A DNA stretch of 64,000 nt. Origin: the human T2T-CHM13v2.0 reference genome, Homo sapiens. The position numbers and the translations under genes are program-made. Below are positions 42,701 through 58,400 of the stretch, one piece after another. Position 1 is the stretch's first letter, and each line of letters begins with the position of its first letter. The notes below the pieces were generated by a model. The model was not told the origin of the DNA, did no database searches, and was given only the letters and a program-made list of their open reading frames with translations. The stretch is taken from assembly GCF_009914755.1 (NCBI RefSeq), contig NC_060939.1, one strand, 5' to 3'.

Positions 42701-45700
42701 TTTGATTGAGCAGTTTTGAAATACTCTCTTTGTAGTATCTGCAAGTGGATATTTGGAACGCTTTGAGGCCTATAGTGGAAAAGGAAATATCTTCACATAA
42801 AAAACTAGAAAGAGGAATTCTGAGAAACTTCCTAGGAATGTGTGCTTTCTTCTCACACTGTTGAACCTTTCTTTTGATAGAGCAGCTTTGATACAGTCAT
42901 TTAATAGAATCTGAAAGAGAATATTTGAGAGCCCATTGAGGCCTCTTGGGAAATAGGAAATATCTTCACCTAAAAACTAGACAAAAACTTTCTGAGAAAC
43001 TTCCTTGTGATGTGTGCATTTATCACACACAGTTGAACTTTCTTTTGATTGAGCAGTTTGGAAACAGTCATTTGTATTATCTATAAATGGATATTTGGAG
43101 CATAATGAGGCCTATGGTGAAAAAGGAAATATCTTCACATAAAAATCAGATGGAAGCATTCTTAGAAACTTCTTTGTGATATGTACATTCATCTCACAGA
43201 CTTCAACCTTTCTTTTGATTGAGCAGTTTTGAAACACTCTTTTTGCAGGATTTGCAAGTGTATATTTGAAGCGCTTTGAGGCCTCTGGTGGAAAAAGAAA
43301 CATCTTCACATAAAAACTAGACACTAGCATTCTGAGAAACTTCTTTCTCATGGGTGCATTCATTTCACAAAGTTGAGCCTTTCCTTTGATTGAGCAGTTT
43401 GGAAACCATCGTTTTGTAGAATCTGCAGAGGGATATTTGTGAGCCCTTTGAGACCTATGGGGTGATAGGAAATATCTTCGCATAAAAACTAGACAGACAC
43501 TTTCTGAGAAACTTCTTTGGGATGTGTGCTTTCATCTCACAGAGTTGAAACTTTCTTTTAATTGAGCAGTTTGGAAACAGTCTTTTTGTGTATCTGCAAT
43601 TGGATATTAGCAGCTCTTTGAGGCCTATGGTGAAAAAGGAAATATCTTCCCATAAAAACTAGGCAGAAGCATTCTAGGAAACTACTTTGTGATGTGTGCA
43701 TTCGTCTCACAGAGTTGAACCTTTCTTTTTATTGAGCAGTTTGGTAACAGGCTTTTTGTAGTATCTGCAAATGGTAATTGGAACCCTTTGAGGCATATGT
43801 TGGAAAAGGAAATATCTTCACATTAAAACTAGACTGAAGCATTTTGAGAAACTTCTTTGTGATGTGTGCATTCATCTCACAGAGTTGAACTTTTCTTTTG
43901 ATTGAGCAGTTTTGAAACACTCTTTTTGTACAATCTGCAAGTGGATATTTGGAGCGCTTTGAGGTCATTGGTGGAAAAGGACATATCTTCCAATAAAAAC
44001 TAGACAGAAGTATTCTGAGAAACATTTTGTGATGTGTGCATTCATCTCACAGAGTTGAACCTTTCTTTTTATTGAGCAGTTTGGAAACAGTATTTTTGTA
44101 GAATCTGCAAGTGGATATTTGGAGCACTTTGAGGCTTATGGTGGAAAAGGACATAAATTCCCATATAAATTAGACAGCAGCATTTTGAGAAACTTGTTTG
44201 TGATGTCACAGAGTTGAATCATTCTTTTGATTGGTTTGGAAACTGTCCTTTTGTAGAATCTGCAAATGGATGTTTGTTAGCCCATTGAGGCTTCTGGGGA
44301 AAGAGAAAATACCTTCACATAAAAGCTAGACAGATATTTTCTAAGAAACTTATTTGTCATGTGTGACTTCATCTCACTGGGTTGCAACTTTCTCTTGATT
44401 GAGCATTTGGAAACAGTCTTTTTGTAGAATCTGCAAATGGATATTTGGAGTGCTTTTGGCCTATATTGAAAAACTAAATATTTTCCCATAAAAACTACGC
44501 AGAAGCTATCTGAGAAACTTCTTTGCACTGTGTGCATTCATCTCACAGAATTGAACTTTTCTTTTGGTTGAGCAGGGTGGAAACACTCTTTTTGTAGGAT
44601 CTGCAAGTGGATATTTGGAGCATTTTGCAGCCTATAGTGGAAAGGGAAATATGTTCACATAAAAACTAGACAGAAGAATTCTGAGAAACTTCCTTGGAAT
44701 GTGTGCATTCATCTCACAGTGTTAAACCATTCTTTTGATTGAGCAGCTTTGAACAGTCGTTTTGTAGAATATGCAAAGGAATATTTGTGAGCCCATTGAG
44801 GCCTCTGTGGAAATAGGAAATATCTTCACATTAAAACTAGACAGAATCTTTCTGAGAAACTTCTTTGTGATGTGTGCATTCATCTCACTGAGTTGAACTT
44901 TCTTTTGATTGAGTAGTTTGGAAACAGTCTTTTTGTAGTATCTGCAAATGGATATTTGGAGCATATTGAGGCCTATGGTGAAAAAGGAAATATCTTCACA
45001 TAAAAATCAGACAGAAGCATTCGTAGAAACTTCTTTGTGACGTGTGCATTCATCTCATAGATTTGAACCTTTCTTTTGTTTGAACAGTTTTGAAACCGTC
45101 TTATAGCAGAATCTGCAAGTGTATATTTGGAGCGCATGTGGAATATGGTGGAAAAGGAATCTTCTTCACATAAAAGCTAGAAAGAAGCATTCTGAGAAAC
45201 TTCTTTGTGACGGGTGCATTCATTTCACAAGGTTGAACCTTTCCTGTGATTGAGCAGTTTGGAAACAGTCGTGTTTTGGGTAATCTGCAAAAGGATACTT
45301 GTGAGCCGATTGAGGCCTATGGGGCAATAGGAAATATCTTCACATAAAAACTAGACAGAAACTTTCTGAGAAACTTCTTTGTGATGTTTGTTTCATCTCA
45401 CAGAGTTGAAACTTTCTTTTGATTGAGTAGTTTGGAAACAGTCTTTTTGTAGTATCTGCAAATGGATATTTGGGGCGTATTGAGGCCTATGGTGAAAAAG
45501 CAAATATCTTCACATAAAAATCAGACAGAAGCATTTGTAGAAACTTTTTGTGATGTACGCATTCACCTCGCAGATTTAAACCTTTCTCTTGATTGAGCAG
45601 CTTTGAAAGACTCTTTTAGCAGAATCTGCAAGTGTATATTTGGAGCGCATGAGGAATATGGTGGAAAAGGAATCTTCTTCACATAAAAACTAGACAGAAG

Positions 45701-46815
45701 CATTCTGAGAAACTTCTTTGTGATGGGTGCATTCATTTCACAGGGTTGAACCTTTCCTGTGATTGAGCAGTCAGGAAACAGTCGTTTTTCATAATCTGCA
45801 GAACGATATTTGTAAGCCGATTGAGGCTTATGGGGCGATAGGAAATATCTTCACATAAAAACTAGACAGAAACTTTCTGAGAAACTTCTTTGTGATGTCT
45901 GCATTCATCTCACAGAGTTGAACATTTCTCTTGGTTGAGCAGTTTTGAAACACTCTGTTTGTAGAATCCACAAGTAGATGTTTGGAGTGCTTAAAGGCCT
46001 ATTGTGGAAACGGAAATATCTTCACATAAAAACTAGATAGAATCATTCTGAGAAACTTCTTTGTGTTGTTGGCATTCATCTAACAGAGTTGAACGTTTCT
46101 ATTGATTCAGCAGTTTGGAAGCAGTCATTTTGTAGAATGTGCAGAGGGATATTTGTGAGCCAACTGAGGCCCATGGGGCAATAGGAAATATTTTCACATA
46201 AAAATGAGACAGAAACTTTCTGAGAAACTTGTTTGTGCTGTGTGTTTTCAACTCACAGAGATGAGCCTTTCTTTTGATTGAGCAGTTTGAAAACACTCTT
46301 TTTGTAGAATCTGCAAGTGGATATTTGGAGCGATTTTTGGTCTATGGTGGAAAAGGAAATATCTTCAAATAAAAACGAGACAGAAGCATTGTGAGAAACT
46401 TCTTTGTGATGTGTGCATTCATTTCACAGAGTTGAATCTTTCTTTTGACTGAGCAGTTTGGCTACAGTCTTTTTGTAGTATCTGCAAATGGATATTAGCA
46501 GCAATTTGAGACCTATGGTAAAAAAGGAAATATCTTCCCATAAAAACTAAGCAGAAGCATTTTGAGAAACTTCTTTGTGATGTGTGCATTTATCTCACAG
46601 AGTTAAACCTTTCTTTTTATGGAGCAGTTTGGAAACAGTCTTCTTGTAGTATCTGCAAATGGTAATTTGAGTGCTTTGAGGCCTATGTTGGAAAACGAAA
46701 TATCTTCACGTTAAAACTAGACTGAAGCTTTCTGGGAAATTTCTTTGTGTTGTGTGCATTCATCTCACAGAGTTGAACCTTTCTTTTGATTGAGCAGTTT
46801 TGAAACACTCTCTTT
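39704..46815 (+). repeat. Alpha satellite block 4, monomeric with diverged multimer duplications (probably SF4/Ga-like)
   Basis: ~171-bp monomers with increasing GGAAACAGTC, GGTGAAAAAGG and GTGAGCCCATTGAGG variants. The suprachromosomal-family label is from memory and tentative. Confidence 0.96.
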
Positions 46816-48826
<2,011 letters not shown>

Positions 48827-48829
<3 letters not shown>

Positions 48830-51800
48830 ACACTCTCTTTATAGTATCTGCAAATGGATATTTGGAGAGCTTTGAGACCTATAGTGGAAAAGGAAATATC
48901 TTCACATAAAATCTAGAATGAAGAATTCTGAGAAACTTCCTGGTGATGTGTGCTTTCATCTGACACTGGTGAACCTTTCTTTTGATTGTTCAGCTTTGGT
49001 ACATTCATTCTGTAGAATCTGAAAGGGAATATTTGTAGGCCCATTGAGGCCTCTGGGGAAATAGGTAATATCTTCACATAAAAACCAGACCCAAACTTTC
49101 TGAGAAACTTTCTTGTGATATGTGCATGCATCACACAGAGTTGAACTTTCTTTTGATTGGGTAGTTTGTAAACAGTCATTTGTAGTATCTGCAAATGGAT
49201 ATTTGGAGTGTATTGAGGCCTATGGTGAAAAAGGAAATATCTTCACATAAAAATCAGACAGAAGCATCTGGGAAACTTCTTTGTGATGTGTGCATTCATC
49301 TCACAGGCTTCAACCTTTCTTTTGATTGAACAGTTTTGAAACAGTCTTTTTTTACAATCTGCAAGTGGCTATTTGGAGCACTTTGATTCCTATAGTGGAA
49401 AGCAAAATATCTTCACATAAAAATTAGACAGAAGTATTCTGTGAAACTTCTTCCTGATATGTGCATTCATCTCACGGGGTTGAAAGTTTCTTTTGATTGA
49501 GCAGTTTGGAAAGAGTCGTTTTGTAAAATCTACAAAGGGATATGTGTGAGCCCATTGAGGCTTCTGGGGTAATAGGAAATATCTTCACATAAAAACTAGA
49601 CAGAAACTTTCTGAGAAACTTCTTTGTGATGTGTGCTTTCATCTCACAGAGCTGAACCTTTCTTTTGATTGAGAAGTATTGAAACACTCTTTTTGCAGAA
49701 TCTGCAAATGGTTATTTGAGAGCTTTGAGATATATGGTGAAAACGGAAATATCTTCAAATAAAAATTAAACAGAAGCTTTCTATGAAACTTCTTTGTGAT
49801 GTATGCATTCATCTCACAGAGTTCAACCTTTCTTTTGATTGAGCAGTTTGGAAACAGTCTTTATCTACAATCTGCAAAGGGATATTTGTTGGTCGTTTGA
49901 GGCCTCTGCTTAAGAAGTAATATCTTCACATAAAAACTATACAGAAGCTTTCGTAGAAAGTTCTTTTTTATGTGTGCTTTCATCTCACAGAGTTGACTTT
50001 TCTTTTGATTGAGCAGTTTAGAAACAGTCTTTTTGTAGTAAATGCGGAGTGATATTTGTGAGTGTTTTAAGGCCTATGGTGAAAAAGGAAATATCCTCAC
50101 ATAAAAACTAGAAAGAAGCTTTCTGAGAAACGTCTTTGTGATGTGTACATTCAGCTCAAAAAGTTGAACTTTTTTTTTGATTGATCAGTTTTGAAACAGT
50201 CTTTTATAGTACTTGCAGAGAGATATTTGTGAGCATTTTGGGGACTGTGGTGAGAAAGGAAATATCTTCACATAAAACCTAGTCAGAAGCATTCTGAGAA
50301 ACTTCTTTGTGATGTGTGCATTCATCTGACAGAGTTGAAACTTTGTTTTGATAGAGCAGTTTGGAAACAGTCCTTTTGTAGGATCTGCAAAGGGATATTT
50401 CTGAGCCCATTGAGGCCTTTGTTGAAAAAGGAAATATCTTCGCATAAAAACTAGACAGAAGCTTTCTGAAAAACTTCTTAGTGATTTGTGCTTTCATCTC
50501 ACAGATTTGAACCTTTCTTTTGATTGAGCAGTTTGGAGACAGTCTTTTTGTAGAATCTGCAAATGGATACTTGGAGCGCTTTGAGGCTTATGGTGAAAAA
50601 GGAAATATCTTCACATTAAAACTAAACAGAAGCTTTCTGAGAAACTTATTTTTGATGATTACGCACATCTCACAGAGTTGAACCTTTCTTTTGATTGAGC
50701 AATTTGGAAACAGTCTTTTTGTACAATCTGCAAAAGGATTCTTCTGCGAAGTTTGAGGACTGTGGTGAAAAAGAAATATGTTCAGATAAAACCAGACAGA
50801 ACTATTCTGAGAAACTTCTTTGTGATATATCCATTCATCTCACAGAGTTGAACCTTTCCTTTGATGGAGCAGTTTGGAAACAGTCTTTTTGTAGTATCTG
50901 CAGAGCGATATGTGAGAGCAGTTTAAGGCCTATGGTGAAAAAGGAAATATCTTCACATAAAAACTAGGCAGAAGCATTCTGAGAAACTTCTTTGTGATGT
51001 GTGCATTCATATCAATGTGGTGAACCTGTCTTTGAATTGAGCAGTTTGGAAACAATCCTTTTGTAGAATCAGCGAAGGGATATTTCTGAGCCCATTGAGG
51101 CCTGCGGTGAAATAGGAAATATGTTCATATAAAAACTACACCGAGGATTTCTGAAAAACTTCTTTGTGATATGTGCTTTCATCTCACAGAGTTGAACCGT
51201 TCTTTTGATTGAGCGGTTTTGAAAAAGTTTTTGTAGGATCTACACAGGGATTTTTCTGTTCCCTTTGATGCCTATGGTGAAAAACGACATATCTTCACAT
51301 GAAAACTAGACAGAAGCTTTCAGAGAAACTTCTTTGTGATGTGTCCATTCATCTCACTGGGTTGAACCTTTCTTTTGATTGAGCAATTTGGAAACAGTCT
51401 TCTTGTAGACTCTGCAATGGGATATTTGTGAGCCCTTTATGGCCTATGGTGAAACAGGAAATATCTTCAAATAAAAACTAGACAAAAGCTTGCTTATTAA
51501 CTTCTTTTTCATGTGTGCTTTCATCTCACAGAGTTGAATTTCTCTTTTAATTGAGCAGTTTGGAAACTGTTTTTGTAGGATCTGCAAATGGATATTAGGA
51601 ACTCTTAGAGGACTATAGTGAAAAAGGAAATATCTTCACATAAAAACTAGACAGAAACTTTTTGAGAAAACTTTTTGTGATGTTTGCATTCATCTCACAT
51701 AGTTGAACATTTCTGTTGATTGAGCAGTTTGGAAACCGTCTTTTTGTACAATCTGCAAAGGGACATTTCTGATCATTTTGAGGCCTATGGTGAAAAAGAA

Positions 51801-52078
51801 ATATCTTCACATAAAAGCTAGACAGAAGGATTCTGAGAAACTTCTTTTTATGAGTGCATTCATTTCACAGATGTGATGTGAAACTTTCTTTTCATTGAGC
51901 AGTTCGAAAACAGTCTTTTTGTACAATCTCCAAAGAGATATTTCTCAGTGGTTTGAGAAAGAAATATCTTCAGATAAAAACAAGACAGAAACATTCTGAC
52001 AAACTTCTTTGTGATTTGAGCATTCATATCACAGATTTGAACGTTTCTTTTGATTGAGCAGTTTGGAAACAGTTTTTT
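48827..52078 (+). repeat. Alpha satellite block 5 (SF4/Ga-like monomers)
   Basis: ~171-bp monomers, dominant GGAAACAGTCTTTTTGTAGAATCTGCAAAGGGATATTT and GGTGAAAAAGG. Confidence 0.97.
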
Positions 52079-52491
52079 GTTATTATACTTTAAGTTTTAG
52101 GGTACATGTGCACAATGTGCTGTTAGTTACATATGTATACATGTGCCATACTGGTGCACTGCACCCACTAACTCGTCATCTAGCATTAGATATGTCTCCC
52201 AATGCTATCCCTCCCCCCTCCCCCCACCCCACAACAGTCCCCAGAGTGTGATGTTCCCCTTCCTGTGTCCATGTGTTCTCATTATTCAATTCCCACCTAT
52301 GAGTGAGAATATGCAGTGTTGGTTTTTTTGTTCTTGCGAAAGTTTACTGAGAATGATGATTTCCAATTTCATCCATGTCCCTACAAAGGACATGAACTCA
52401 TCATTTATTATGGCTGCATAGTATTCCATGGTGTATATGTGTCACATTTTCTTAATCCATTCTATCATTGTTGGACATTTGGGTTGGTTCC
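52079..52491 (-). mobile_element. 5'-truncated L1 (~0.41 kb), L1PA2/L1PA3-like
   Basis: TATTATACTTTAAGTTTTAGGGTACATGTGCAC...GGACATTTGGGTTGGTTCC is the reverse complement of the L1 3' end. Very short tail and no clear target-site duplication. Confidence 0.95.
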
Positions 52492-55400
52492 TTTATTTGT
52501 AGTATATGTGGAGTGATATTTGGGAGTGGTTTAAGGCCTATGGTGAAAAAGGAAATATCCTCACATAAAAACTACATAGAAGCTTTCTGTGAAACTTCTT
52601 TGTGATGTGTGCATTCATCTCACAGAGTTGGACCTTTCTCTTCTTTGAGCAGTTTTAAAACACTCCTTTTGTAGAACCGGAAAATGGGTATTTTGTTCAC
52701 TTTGACACCTATGATGAAAAAGGAGATATCTTCACATAAAAACTACAGAGAAGCATTCTGAGAAACTTCTTTGTGATGTGTGCATTCATCTCACACAGTT
52801 CAACTTTTCTTCTGATTCAGCAGTTTGGAAACAGTATTTTTGTACAATCTGCAAAGGGATACTTCTTAGCCGATTTCGGTCTATGGTGAATTAGGAAATA
52901 TCTTCACATAAAAACTAGACAGAAACTTTCTGAGAAACTTCTTTGGGATGTGTGTTTTCATCTCACAGAGATGAAACTTTCTTTTGATTGAGCAATTTGG
53001 AAACTCTCTTTTTGTAGGATCTGCAAATGGATATTTAGAGTGCTTTGAGGCCTGTGGTGAAAAAGGAAATATCTCCACATAACAACTAGACAGAAGCATT
53101 CTGGAAACATCTTTGTGATGCGTGCATTCATCTCGCAGAGTTGAACATTTCTTTTGATTGAGCAGTTTGGAAACAGTCTTTGATAGTATCTGCAGTGAGA
53201 TATTTGTCAGCATTTTGAGGACTTGGTGAGAAAGGAAATATCTTCATATAAAACCTAGTCAGAAGCATTCTGAGAAACTTCTTTGTGATGTGTGCATTCA
53301 TCTGACAGAGTTGAAACTTTGTTTTGATTGAGCAGTTTGGAAACAGTCCTTTTGTAGGATCTGCAAAGGGATATTTCTGAGCCCATTGAGACCTATGGTG
53401 AAAGAAGAAATATCTTCACTTAAAAACTAGACATAAACATTCTGAGAAACTTCTTAGTGATGTGTGCTTTCATCTCACAGATTTGAACCTTTCTTTTGAT
53501 TGAGCACTTTGGAGACGTCTTTTTGTAGAATCTGCAAAGGATATTTTGAGCACTTTGAGGCCTATGGTGAAAAAGGACATATCTTCACATGAAATCTAAA
53601 CAGAAGCTATCTGAGAAACTTCTTTTTGATGAATACATACATCTCACAGAGGTGAAGCTTTCTTTTCATTGAGCAGTTTGGAAACAGTCTTTTTGTACAG
53701 TCTGCAAAGGAATATTTCTGTGAAGCTGGAGGCCTATGGTGAAAAAGAAATATCTTCAGATAAAATGTAGACAGAAGTATTCTGAGAAAATTTTTTGTGA
53801 CGTATCCATTCATCTCACAGAGTTGAACTTTTCTTTTGATGAAGCAGTCTGTAAACAGTCTTTTTGTAGTATCTTCAGAGGGATATATGAGAGCAGTTTA
53901 AGGCCTGTGGTGAAAAAGGAAATATCTTCACATAAAAACTAGGCAGAAGCATTCTGAGAAACTTCTTTATGTTCTGTGCATTCATCTCAAAGAGTTGAAC
54001 CTGTCTTTGGATTGAGCAGTTTGGAAATTGTCGTTTTGTAGAATCTGTGAAAGGATATTTCTGAGCCCATTGAGGCCTATGGATGAAGTAGGAAATATCT
54101 TCATATAAAAACTAGACAGAGGATTTCTGAGAAACTTCTTTGTGATATGTGCTTTCATCTTACAGAGTTGAACCATTCTTTTGGTTGAGCAGTTTGGAAA
54201 CAGTCTTTTTGTAGGATCTGCAAAGGGATATTTCTGTTCCCATTGATACATATGGTGAAAAAGGACATATCTTCACATAAAGACTAGACTGAAGCTTTCT
54301 GATAAACTTCTTAGTGATGTGTGCTTTCATGTCACAGATTTGAAACTTTCTTTTGATTGAACAGTTTGGAAACAGTCTTTTTGCAGAATCTGCAAATGGA
54401 TATTTGGAGTGCTTTGAGGCCTATGGTGAAAAAGGAAATATCTTAACATGAAAAATAAACAGAAGCTTTCTGAGAAGCTTCTTTTTGATGCGTGCATACA
54501 TCTTACAGAGTTGAAAGTTTCTTTTCATTGAGCCATTCGGAAACAGTCTTTTTGTACAATCTGGAAAGGGATATTTCTGAGAAGTTGGAGGCCGATATCG
54601 AAAAAGAAATATCTTCACATGAAAACTAGACAGAAGTATTCTGAGAAACTTCTTTGAGATGTATCCTTTCATCTCACAGAGTTGAACCTTACTTTTGATG
54701 GAGCAGTTTGGAGACAGCTTTTTGGAGTATCTGCAGAGGGATTTCTGAGAGCAGTTTAAGGTCTATGGTGAAAAAGGAAATATCTTCACATAGAAACTAG
54801 GCAGAAGCATTCTGAGAAACTCCTTTGTGATGTGCGCATTCAACTCAAAGAGGTGAAACTTTCTTTGGATTGAGCAGTTTGGAAACAGTCCTTTTGTAGA
54901 ATCTGCAAAGGGATATTTCTCAGCCCATTGAGGCCTATGATGAAATAGGAAACATCTTCTCATAAAAACCAGACAGAAGCTTTCTGAGAAATTTCTTTGA
55001 GATATGTGCTTTCATCTCACAGAGTTGAACCTTTCTTTTGGCTCAGCAGTTTGGAAACAGTCTTTGTGTAGAATCTGCAAAGGGCTATTTTTGAGCCCTT
55101 TATGGACTATGGTGAAACAGAAAATATCTTCACATAAAAACAAGACAGAAGGTTTCTGAGAAACTTCTTTGTGATGTGTTCTTTCATCTCACAGAGTTGT
55201 AACTTTCCTTTGATTGAGCAGTTTGGAAACACTCTTTTTGAAGAATCTGCAAATGGATATTTGGAGCTCTTTGAGGCCTATGGTGAAAAAGGAAATATCT
55301 TCACATAAAAACTAGACAGAAGCATTCTGAGAAACTTCTTTGTGGTGGGTGCATTCAACTCAAAAAGTTGAACATTGGTTTTGATTGAGTAGTTTGGAAA

Positions 55401-58400
55401 CAGTCTTTTTGTAGAATCCGCAAGTGGAAATTTGGAGCTCTTTACAGCCTATAGTGGAAAACGAAATATCTTCATATAAAAACTAGACAGAAACATTTTG
55501 AGAAACTTCGTTGTGTTGTGTGCATTCATCACAAAGAGTTGAACCTGTCTTTGGATTGAGCAGTTTGGAAACAGTCCTTTTGTAGAATCTGTGAAGGGAT
55601 ATTTCTCAGCCCATTGATGCCTATGGATGAAATAGGAAATATTCTCACATAAAAACTAGACAGAAATTTCTGAGAAACTTCTTTGTGATATGTGGTTTCG
55701 TCTCACAGAGTTGAACTGTTCTTTTGGCTGAGCAGTTTGGAAACACTTTTTTGTAGAATCTGCAAGTGGATATTTGGAGCACATTGAGACCTATGGTGGA
55801 AAATGAATTATTTAAACATAAAAATTAGACAGAAGCATTCTGAGAAACTTCTTTGTGATGTGTGCATTCAACCCACAGAGTTCAACCTTTCTTTTGATTC
55901 AGCAGTTTCGAAACACTCTTTTTGTAAAATCTGCCAGTGGATCTTTGGAACGCTTTGAGGCCTATGGCAGAAAAGGAAATATTTTCACATAAATAGTACA
56001 CAGAAGCATTCTGAGAAACTTCTTTGTGATGTGTGCATTCAACTCAAAGAGTGGCATCCTTTTGTTTGAGCAGTTTTGAAAGACTCCTTTTGTAGAATCT
56101 GCAAAGGATATTTGGAGCGCTATGTGGCCTTAAGTGGAAAAGGAAATATCTTCACATAAAAACTAGACAACAGCATTCTGAGAAACTTCTTTGTGATGTG
56201 TGCATTCATCTCACAGAGATGAAGCTTCCTTTTGATTGAGTAGTTTTGAAACACTCTTTTTGTGGAATCTCCAATTAGATACTTGGAGCGCTTTGAGGCG
56301 TATGGTGGAAAAGGAAATATCTTCACATGAAAACTACACAGAAGCATTCTGAGAAATTTGTTTGTGATGTGTGCATTCAACACACAAAGTTGAACCTTTC
56401 TTTTGATTGAGCAGTTTTGAAACACACTTTTTTTAGGATCTGCAAGTGAATATTTGGAGCACTTTGTGGTCTATTGTGGAAAAGGATATATCTTCACATA
56501 AAAAGTACGGAGAAGCATTCTGAGAAACTTCTTTGTGATGTGTGCATTCATCTCACAGAGTTCAACCTTTCTTTTGATTGAACAGTTTTGAAACGCTCTT
56601 TTTGTAGAGTGTGCAAGTGCATATATGGAGCTCTTTGAGGCTTACGGTGGAAAAGGAAATATCTTCACATAAAATCTACAGAGAAGTATTCTGACAAAGT
56701 TCTTTATGCTGTGTGTGTTCAACTCACAGAGTTGAACCTTTCTTTTGATTAAGCAGTTTTGAAATGCTTTTTAGAATCTGCAAGTGGATATTTTGAGTGC
56801 TTTGCAGCCTCTCTTGGAAAAGGAAATATCTTCACATAAACTAGACAGAAGCATTCTGAGAAACATCTTTGTGATATGTGCATTCATCTCACAGAGTTGA
56901 AATTTTCTTTTTATTGACCAGTTTTGAAACACTCTTTTTGTACAGTCTGCAAGTGGATATTTGTAGTGCTTTGAGGTCTATGGTGGAAAATGAAATATTT
57001 TCACAATAAAATTAGACAGAAGCATTCTGTGGTACTTCTTTGTGATGTGTGCATTCATCTCACAGAGTTGAACCATTCTTTTGATTGAGCAGTTTTGAAA
57101 TACTGTTTTTGTAGACTCTGCAAGTGGTTATTTGGAGCACTTTGTGGACTATAGTGGAGAAGGAAATATCTTCACATAAAAACTAGAGAGAACCATTCTG
57201 AGAAAGTTCTTTGTGATGTGTGCATTCAACTCACAGAGTTGAACCTTTCTTTTGATTGAGCAGTTTTGAATGTCTCTTTTTGTAGAATCTGCAAATGGAT
57301 ATTTGGAGCGCATTAAGGTCTATGGTGGAAAAGGAAATATTTTCACATAAAAACTACAGAGAAGCATTCTGAGAAACTTCTTTGTGATGTGTGCATTCAA
57401 CTCACAGTGTTCAACCTTTCTTTTGATTGAGCAGTTTTGAAACACTCTTTTTGTAAAATCTGCCAATGGATATTTGGAGCGCTTTGAGGCCTATAGTGGA
57501 AAAGGAAATATCTTCACATAAATAGTAGACAGAAGCATTCTGAGAAACTTCTTTGTGATGCGTGCCTTCAACTCACAGAATGGAACCCTTCTTTTGATAG
57601 AGCAGTTTTGAAAGACTCCTTTTGTAGAACCTACAATTGGATATTTTTGGGTGCTATGTGGCCTTAAGTGGAAAAGGCAATATCTTCACACAAAAACTAG
57701 ACAGAAGCATTCTGAGAAATTTCTTTGTGATGTGTGCATTCATCTCACAGAGTTGAAGCTTTCTTTTGATTGAGCAGTTTTGAAACACTCTTTTTGTAGA
57801 ATCTGCAAGTGGATATTTGGAGCACTTTGCGGTCTATAGTGGAAAAGGAAATATCTTCACATAAATATTTGTCAGAAGCATTCTGAGAAACTTTTTCTTC
57901 ATGTGTACATTCATCTCACAGAGTTCAACCTTTCTTTTGATTGAGCAGTTTTGAATCACTCTTTTTGTAGTATCTGCAAAGGGATACTTCGAGCGGTTTG
58001 AGGTCTATGGTGTAAAAGGAAATATCTTCAACTAAAAACTAGACAGAAGCATTCTGAGAAACTTCTTTGTGGTGTGTGCATTCATATCACTGTCTTGATC
58101 CATTCTTTTCACTGAGCAGTTTTGAAACACTCCTTGTGTAGAATCTGCAAGTGGGTATTTGGAGCACTTTGAGGCCTATTGTGGAAAAGGAAATGTCTTC
58201 ACATAAAAACTAGACAGAAGCATACTGAGAAAATTCTTTGTGACGTGTGCATTCATCTCACAGAGCTGCACCTTTCTTTTGATTGAGCAGTTTTGAAACA
58301 CTCTTTATAGAGTGTGCAAGTGGATATTTGGAGCGCTTTGATACTTATGGTGGAAAAGCAAATATCTTCACATAAAAACTACAGAGAAGTATTCTGACAA

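Noticed and set aside
46000-46020. CENP-B-box-like GTGGAAACGGAAA (similar at ~49735-49750)
   Set aside because: It lacks the required TTCG and CGGG. It is a point variant of the A-type box.
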